A stretch of 60,000 nt of DNA, from contig NW_024704742.1 in assembly GCF_018977255.1 (NCBI RefSeq), positions 28,956,001-29,016,000 on the forward strand. The letters are read 5' to 3'. Under the pieces are notes generated by a model. That model made no database searches, was not told where the DNA came from, and was given only the letters and a program-made list of their open reading frames with translations. Every line of letters begins with the position of its first letter. Within the stretch, counting starts at the first letter, position 1. A program made the translations under genes and the position numbers. This DNA is from Callorhinchus milii. Taxonomy: Eukaryota. Of the stretch, positions 52,230-60,000 are shown piece after piece.

Positions 52230-53869
52230 TGTATATAAAGAGAGCGGAAAAACACTTGCATGTTGCAAATGCAGCACAGTGTGCGGAGATTTTTAAACCA
52301 ATTTTTATGTGGTGAGAGAACAAGTGTGAGAGAAAGCGCTGGCTCTGAATGTGGAGGTTTGGAGGCAGACAATTTAGAGAATCCTTTGAAAATGTATGGA
52401 TTTCATAAATTTATAATGGTTGTAATCAGTAAAACAGAAACCAAATCTACTGGGAAGAGGCTGTTCAACCAACTCAGCTGTCATTTGGGATTAGACTGTG
52501 TTTACCAGGTTAGGGAAAGCTCAATTACATAGGCTGTACAGGACAGAAGCAGACCACGCTGGTGTTTATACTCCACATGAGTCTCCACCTACCGCTTACT
52601 CCCTCCCATACCCTTCTATTCCCCTCTCCCTCATGTGTATAATCATACCATCTGTGCACTAATTGGATGTTGCGTTTGCCAACAAATACACCGTTACTAT
52701 ACTTCGCAGTAAAATCCCGTGAAGCACTTTAAGATGCCTCAGTGATATGATAAGGCACTATACTGAACTTAATGATTATTAACTATTATTATTATTGTCT
52801 AGTATCCATTTGATGAGTATGCTGGAGTAACTAGACTGCAGTTTATTATATGGAATCTATAATCCTTGCCTAGCACCTTATCACATCATCAAAACAACTC
52901 AAACCGCTTCAGAGAAATGACTTTAAAGTATAGTGACTGTGTATTTGCAGGTAAATATTTGTATGTTAACATCTCATCCAAAGGACAATGCCTCTGGTCA
53001 TCTTAGACTAATAATAATAATCTATGAGTTCAAAATCCAGACTTGGGGCTTGAACGCATAGCCTGCTGACTCGGAGGGGAGAGTGCTACCAACTGAACCC
53101 ACCTAGCACAGCCAAACAGATTTACCGGTACTTGGCATAGTATTGCATTTTGCAGACTCCCAAATATGTGCTCTTCGGACTCACAAAGAAAAGGTATGAC
53201 ATATTTCAAAGGAATAAGACGATTACAGTCAGCAGTGAGTCTACTGAGAAATAATGATGCTCTTGCTTTGACCATTTTTGAGCCTGAAACACATCCAGTC
53301 TATTAGAAATTGAAGAAGCTCAGATGAACTATACCTGATGCAATACTGAGGAATGTTCCTGATCAACACTCAGCAGACTACCAGGAAATGAGCACAGATG
53401 GATGCACAGCGACCTGACATTGGGGAGATTAGATGCATCAGAACAACCAGAGCTTCGGAGACCACAGATGTGTCCATCCCGTATGGACACTTCTAACAAA
53501 TGGCGGTTCTTTTATGCGAGCATCAAACTCAAGAGTCTCACGAATCCAAGGGGTCCTAGGGACATGCTTGCTCACAGTTCCTCAGATGTTTCACATAAAA
53601 CGGTGAGTCTTGATTGCTATGATGAAAACAAAATCAATCCTGAATTACCATTGATTCAGCAGGCTGAATAAGCAAAGCACAGCTCTGTCTGACCTGTTTA
53701 ACAGGTCGCCTCCATGCTGAGGTGTGAGTTATTTGCCTGCATTCCCCCACCCAACTCCCACTCCTTCCACCAACCATAGAGAAGTAACGACAGCTAACCA
53801 ATTCATATCCTGACAGAACTAGTCATTGAAGTAGATATAGATTAAGCCTTAACCTACCCTTGTTCACTC

Positions 53870-54640
53870 ACTCCAGTTTGATTCAGTTGGCAGAACTCTC
53901 ACCTGTGAGTAAGGCAGTTGTGAATTCAAGCTTCATGTTGCAATTTTGAGGTTATCGTCTTGGTTAACATTTCAATGTAGTGCAGGGGAATGCTGCATTA
54001 TATGCAACAACAACAACAAAATTACAGTGATAGAGCACCTTTCACGTTGGGAGGACATCCCAAAGCATTGGACAGTCAAGGTTCGGGATCCGAGCATGGG
54101 GGAGAGATGGAATAGGAGTGAGGGAAGGCAGAGAGGTGGAAGGGTGACTGAAGGCACGATCGAAGAGAAGGGTCTTGAGACCGGCCTTGAAGGAGGCAAG
54201 AGAGGAAGCGAGACAAAGGGACTGTGAGATGGAGTTCCAGAGTGTGGGGGCAGAGAGGCTGAAAGCCCGGCCACTGATGATAGGGCGGGTTGGACAGAAC
54301 TGGACCCTGCTGAACGGAGGGAGTGGGCAGGTTGGTAGGGAAGTGCCGCTGTGCCGACCTTCAGATAAGACAATAAATTGAGATCCTATCTGTCTGTTCA
54401 TGTGGATGTTAAAGATCCCAAGTTCTATTCAAAAAGAGAATGCAGTTTTCCAGGTGTCTTGACCAACAATCCGCCAGATAAAATTGGTCATTTACTTCAG
54501 GTTGTTTGTGGGACACTACTGTGCACAAATTTGGCTACCATGTTTGCCTAATAATAACAATCACAATAATTCACTGAAATGTTGTAAAGCACTTTAAGAC
54601 ATACTAAATATTATAGGTACTATATCAAAGGCTTATTGTT
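53870..54640 (+). mobile_element. DeuSINE split by an inverted L2 3' end (54005-54340)
   Basis: Head at 53880-54000 and Deu domain at 54340-54470 flank a minus-strand L2 tail. Confidence 0.78.
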
Positions 54641-55514
54641 TAATCAGTTATGAGGAAGAATTGAGATTAACCATTATATACAGGCATGGCAAGTGTCCAT
54701 GTGGAAGCGAGTGACAGCTGACACTTGCATAATTACTGGGGGATGCAAGCAAACATATAACTGTGGACAAGTATTAACTCTCACAAGTGCCCATATTCAC
54801 AACACCTATAACTAAATAAAATACTCTGGTTTGTTTTTGGAAGGTGGGGTTGCAGTGTTGCCTGCATCCGAACAGTCTCCCAATTATCTTGGACACTCTG
54901 GGCAAGAGTCAACTGGTTATCCTCTGAAAATCTATTCTTCCTTTTGGAAGGACCTCCTTTAATCTTAGCTCCACCCCAGCCATGGTTGTGGTTCATTTCC
55001 TGTTTAAATCATTATACATAAACATCAGACATGTTCCGCTCACAGTTATCACCTTGTTGTAACTTCTTAACCCAGAAGCATAAACTTGTTCTGAAAATGG
55101 CAACGGTCAGGCCGACTGATTTTGAGCTTGGCACAGACTGACACTCACAAAGGGGAACACCGCATCGTTAACGCTTTTTTAGTAGGCAACATAAATGGAA
55201 AATTTTATGTTTCAATCAGAGGAAGCATCGGTACCAAAGCCCATGAACAAAGTTGACACACATATCTATATGTGTGTCAACATATAGATCACATAATATC
55301 AATCAGCTGATTCTACTTTCAGTTTAGTACAAAATACCTAAGCCAGCGCTTCTTTGGCGTTGCCCAACAGCTTTACTTTTAGGGGAGGCACGTATTTAAC
55401 TGGGAGAAGCAGATGAGAAGGATGCATTACATTAAATCTGATACAGCTGTTCTGTGAGTAGGGGAGAGATTAGCTGGTGACGGCAACGTGTTATCACATT
55501 CTTATAGATAAAAG

Positions 55515-55651
55515 ATACTCCTGAGTGAGGATATTTTTCTCCCAGTATTGCTCAGTCTGCGTGCTTTATGTATCTATGTATGTATCTTATAGATACATAA
55601 AGCATACAAACTGAGCAATACTGGGAGAAAAATGTCCTCACTCAGGAGTAT
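55515..55651. repeat. Long hairpin with 63-bp arms and an 11-nt loop
   Basis: 55515-55577 versus 55589-55651, with 4 transition differences. Confidence 0.95.
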
Positions 55652-55699
55652 TGTGATTTATGGCATTGTAAAAGGGATAAACATTGTAATTGTTTTGTA

Positions 55700-56140
55700 A
55701 GAAGAGGCCGTTTATCTTATTCTGCCAATTTATTGCATCGCAATACATCTATTAATCCCATTTCCCCTACCTTTTCTCCATATTCTCTTTAGTCTTATTT
55801 CCCAAGTATCTATTTGCCTCCCTTTCAATCCCAATTGTCTCTGTGTCTGCTGTGCCTACTGCATTCCAGATTCTCACAGCTGTCTTCATGAAGATATGTT
55901 TTCTGATCTCACTTCATTCTGTTTGAGCTCTAATTTTAAAACTGTCTCCTCTTCTTTTGGATCTCTCTAACCCAACGAGGGATCCAAACCTTGCACTGTC
56001 TAGTTTGTCAATTCCTTTCATTATCTTGAACACCTCAATTAGATCATCCCTTAACCTCCTCAATTCTATCTTTACTTAACCTTCATCATTTCTAAACTTC
56101 TTCGCTCCAGGTATTACTCTGCTGAATCATTCTTGAATAC
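55700..56140 (-). mobile_element. Decayed CR1 fragment
   Basis: gcattccagattctcac and ttgaacacctcaattagatcatcccttaacctcct motifs. Confidence 0.65.
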
Positions 56141-57859
56141 ACTTGGATAAAATAAAGTTGCGTAGAATTCGCCTATGTCGATTTCTGTAATAAAGGATTA
56201 TTACTATATTATTATAAGATTAGGTTAGGGCCAATCCATAATAATGCACCCCATATGGGTCCACTTACAACATAGTACTCTGTGATCTATGACGGAAGGT
56301 CAGTACAATTCCGGCTTCTGTGGCTGACTGGACAGCGTATTGCGCATAATGATCCTGACATTTGGTATAGTGTCTTTCACATCGAGAGGACATGCCAAAG
56401 TGCTTCATCGGATGTAGTGTAAAGTGCAGTGAGAGTGCGTTTTGTGGATAATAATAATAATAATGAATGTGGCATAGTGCATTTTGCACAGGAATTGCAC
56501 TTCACAGGATTTACTCTAAAGTGTAGTGACTATGTATTTTCTCGGAATGTGAGGAAGTAGTTTTCCAGTTGTACTGAGATTTGTAGAATGGCTTTTGACT
56601 CGGCTATTGCAAAACATAAACCCTTATTAATTGAGGATAGAGTGGAACCATTGGGTTAAGAAATGGAGGGCATCCAGTGATGACTCTTCAGATAAATACC
56701 TCAAATAAATAGTTTTAGGTAGGACAAGAGGCAGAGGAGCTTATAGGATGATCTGATTGGATATGCCATTGATTTATCAATCCTCCCAGCATGTCAGGAA
56801 CTGAACATGGCGGGAAGGCTAAGGGGGATGGGAGAGAGCAAATTTCAGATTGTTGTCCCCAGTGCTTTCACACCACTCCTGACGTACATTGCACATCACC
56901 ATAGTAAGAGACCCAGGACTAGGTCTCTCTCCAATCTCTCACCTGCACAAGAGGAGACCCATTTCTGGGAGGAGAAATGAAAATTAATCAGCAGATGTAT
57001 AATGGTGAAGACTGAAGACAGATGGGACTATGAATAGGCTGATGGTGTATATTGGGGTGGGGAGGGAGCAAATAAGATCATTGGAGGAGACTAACCATCA
57101 GCCCTCAGACTGGTACAGCGAGTTAGAGGTGAAATGGAGGAGACCTGGTTGCAATTTGATAGATAGGTCCCCAAGAAAGAAGATTGAGTGAAAAGCTGAG
57201 AGAGAAATGAAGACAGCAACTGACAGGTGACTGAGCGAGTGAGTGAAAGTAGAGTGCAAAGGAGAGGCAGGTACGAGAGACAGACAGCAGGGAAACTGAG
57301 CTGCATCATTAATTCTCAAAACAGCAGCTAAGAGCCCCAGTGAAACAGGTTGGTGCAATCTCAATCCTGGTATCAGCAATGGTACGTTCACAGCACACAA
57401 CCAAACCCAACCCAAGGAGCACAATGTGGAAACTAATTGTTACGATTGACTCTTCTGAGATTCAGGAATGTAGACGGATTCCTGAACTACACAGACCTTG
57501 CTTGGAGAAGGTCAAACACTGTTACAATATGCAAAAAGTCAGAGCTAGTCTTTCCCCCAGTACTGTCATACCTCCTTCTTCCCTCGAGCAAAGGAATCAT
57601 TTTACTCTAGCACAAAGGTGGAAAGTGAAGATTTTGAATTAGTACTTAATTAATCTCTGTAGAGATGGGCTCTCTTTCTGAGCAGATTTCTCTCCGTTTG
57701 AAATTCCATGAAGTAAAATAAAGTCGCGTAGAATTCACCTCTGTCAATTTCTGTAATAAAGGACCACTGAAAGCAAAATAAGTCCAATCTAATCTACACA
57801 GTAATAACCTTAGATGACCGACAGGATACTAAGACATCATCTCGGATACACTGTTTTTC

Positions 57860-58170
57860 AGCCTGGATCAGAAAGTTATGGGTTCAAGCCCATGTTGGGA
57901 TTTAGATCTCATATAATCCAGGTGATATTAAAGGTCACATAACACTATTCGAAAAGTGAAGGAAGTTCCTCCATTGTCCTGTCTAAAAATCCCCCAAAAT
58001 AAAATCGGTTATTCAGTTTGTGGCTGTTTGTGGGACATTGTTATGTGCAAATCGGCTGCTGCATTCACCTACAAAATACAGTACATACAGTATACCTTGT
58101 GAAACACTTTGAGATGTTGTCTTGATATGAAAGGAATTATATCAAATGTAAGGATGATTACTATTATGAT
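57860..58170 (+). mobile_element. DeuSINE with an internal deletion
   Basis: tcagaaagttatgggttcaagccc head, cactattcgaaaag and a SINE tail. Confidence 0.72.
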
Positions 58171-58589
58171 AATCAAAGGCATTGTCACCATTTCTGCAAC
58201 AGTGAAAAATGCTATTAAAAACAGTTGCATTATTGTATAAGCTACATCCACAGGTTTTAACATAGTTCAGAGTAGTATATAATTTGCACCCAAGGCCAGA
58301 AGGAAGTGAAAACGTGCACAAAGGTGTGTCTTTATGTCCAAGATTTTAATGCTTATTTTTTTGCCAAGTCATGCCTTTGTAAATTGCAAGGTAACATGAA
58401 GCCCCAAACCCACACGTAATCTGATTTGATCGTGATTTATTTTTGGACCGAAGGAAGTCGCTCATTGTATTAACTTCCAGAATATACAGTCAATTCACTT
58501 GACGGTATATTCTGTGAAGCGCTTTGAGATGTCTCGAAGACGTGATAAGGCGCTATATCAACTGCAAGGATTATTATTATGATGATTAT

Positions 58590-58992
58590 AATATAATAAT
58601 AATCTTTGCATTTTATATATTGACATCTAAAAATACTTAACAGGATTTACTGTAAAATGTAGTGACTTTTTTTAGCTGAAAACAGTAGCCAATTTGCACG
58701 TACCATTGCCTTACAGACAGCCACCAAGTGAATGACCAATTTTATTTGGGGAATTGTTAGCCAGGACAAACATACTTCTCTTTTCTAATAGTGCCATGGA
58801 ATCTTTAACATCACTTCACCAGGCAGATGGGAGATTGGTTTAGTATCTCATCTGAAGAATGACACCTCCAACAATACAGAGGTCAACCCCAGCACTGCAC
58901 TGGAGTATCATACCACCGTGGCAGTTCAAAAGCCCAATGGAGGTTTTGAACCCACAACCTTCTGGCTCACAGGCAACTAAGCCAAGTTGACA
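58590..58992 (-). mobile_element. DeuSINE, tail-to-tail with a + strand SINE tail (58480-58590)
   Basis: atagtgccatggaatctttaac and tgaacccacaaccttctggctca. Confidence 0.78.
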
Positions 58993-59866
58993 CCATTGTG
59001 AACCAAAAGTAAGAGAAGCAGAAAACTAGGAAAAGAGAAAGAGAAGAAATAAGTACTGTGAATTGAAGGTAAAAGGAGCTAGAGTGCATTGCGGGATGGA
59101 ATGTAGACTATGATTTTATTCCTTTTCTTGCTTTTAATCAACTCCTTGTTTTGTTTTCACTCTTAACTCTACTGAAATGAGCTTCAGGGCCATTTGAAGA
59201 TTGAAGGTCCTTTTTCAGAGTATGCCATTGTTTAATTCAATTGAGATCAGCTCTGAAAATTCAGCGCGAAGTGAGTAGTATTTTAACAGGAAATAGAATA
59301 TACCAGTGTGTATGTTATTACACTTCCCTCCATCTTCATTCATGGCTTGATTGTAAACTAGCTCCAAGCTCTTTGACAAACTGCAGACCGTGCTCACAGC
59401 CCATTACCTGGAGACTCATTCGTGTTGAAATACTCTTTAGCAGATTAACACACAAATGCTAGACAAATATCAAGCATGACAGGAAGGAGAACACTAAATA
59501 AGATCCACAAATATGTGCAGCTCTCTAAAGGTTGTGGCCTGGTGAAGATTAACTTTCGAAACTTTTGCTACGGTTCTCTCTTCCCCTGTTTCCGTTGGGA
59601 GTTTGCTGGAGACATTTCACTATAAGAATCATTCCTTTTGGGCTGCATCATGCACCATGCAGAGTGGTGACATTTCAATGTAAAATTGCCTTTTTTATTA
59701 TCGCTGTGTTAACATTTATCTCTGATAATTAAGCAGCAGAGAATATTTCCACTTCGAATCAAATGCCGGGTGGTAATTTGACTGCATTTGTACTTGATAA
59801 TTGTATTACAGCTCCTAATATGATACGATTATGCCGGATACATTTACGGTGAAATTTGAAAGGCCT

Positions 59867-59882
59867 GGTTGCCAGGGCAACC
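59867..59882. promoter_or_regulatory. Candidate RFX X-box
   Basis: GGTTGCCAGGGCAACC, a near-palindrome in sequence with no repeat I recognise. Confidence 0.4.
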
Positions 59883-60000
59883 CTAGATACAATTACCTGT
59901 ACATGCCACAGAATGCTTCATGCAGTCTGAATGTTTTTCGCACCTTAATTGTTCACATATAGATAATGACAAATTAATTTAAAGCCTGCAACTGCAGTTA

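Noticed and set aside
53300..53671. ORF 53402-53671 with a gtgagt donor-like site as an extra exon
   Set aside because: No recognisable protein similarity, no clear acceptor, and no fit to the xCT reading frame.
54981..55190. Scattered short matches to the lac promoter/pUC region (catggt, tttcctgt, ccgctcaca, gaagcataaa)
   Set aside because: The anchors are 6-10 nt long and separated by unalignable gaps, whereas vector contamination would be near 100% identical. Treated as chance; VecScreen or BLASTN would settle it.
41030..60000. slc7a11 exon 7 (expected TIPLAICISM..LTNVAY-like peptide)
   Set aside because: No acceptor-flanked match was found by eye. Candidates near 48241 and 59219 do not translate to the expected peptide, so the exon probably lies beyond the window.

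Overview
Eukaryotic genomic DNA, most likely from a cartilaginous fish and probably a chimaera/holocephalan. This is inferred from the repeat content (DeuSINE, LF-SINE, a tRNA-Ala SINE with an L2 tail, CR1 and L2 LINEs). The window lies inside one + strand gene, the cystine/glutamate antiporter light chain slc7a11 (xCT). Five internal coding exons (equivalent to exons 2-6: 127, 116, 126, 100 and 45 bp) have clean AG/GT junctions and splice in frame. Exon 1 lies upstream and exon 7 was not found, so it is presumably downstream. The introns are dense with decayed retroelements, a probable non-autonomous Helitron and an unclassified ~600-bp repeat family. The most unusual structure is a recurrent set of near-perfect local inverted or direct copies of nearby sequence (26-126 bp arms), several at transposon junctions. 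There are also candidate NRF2 (ARE), ATF4 (AARE) and RFX motifs. Almost all ORFs in the supplied track are spurious or transposon-derived. Repeat boundaries were read by eye and are approximate; exon boundaries are exact.
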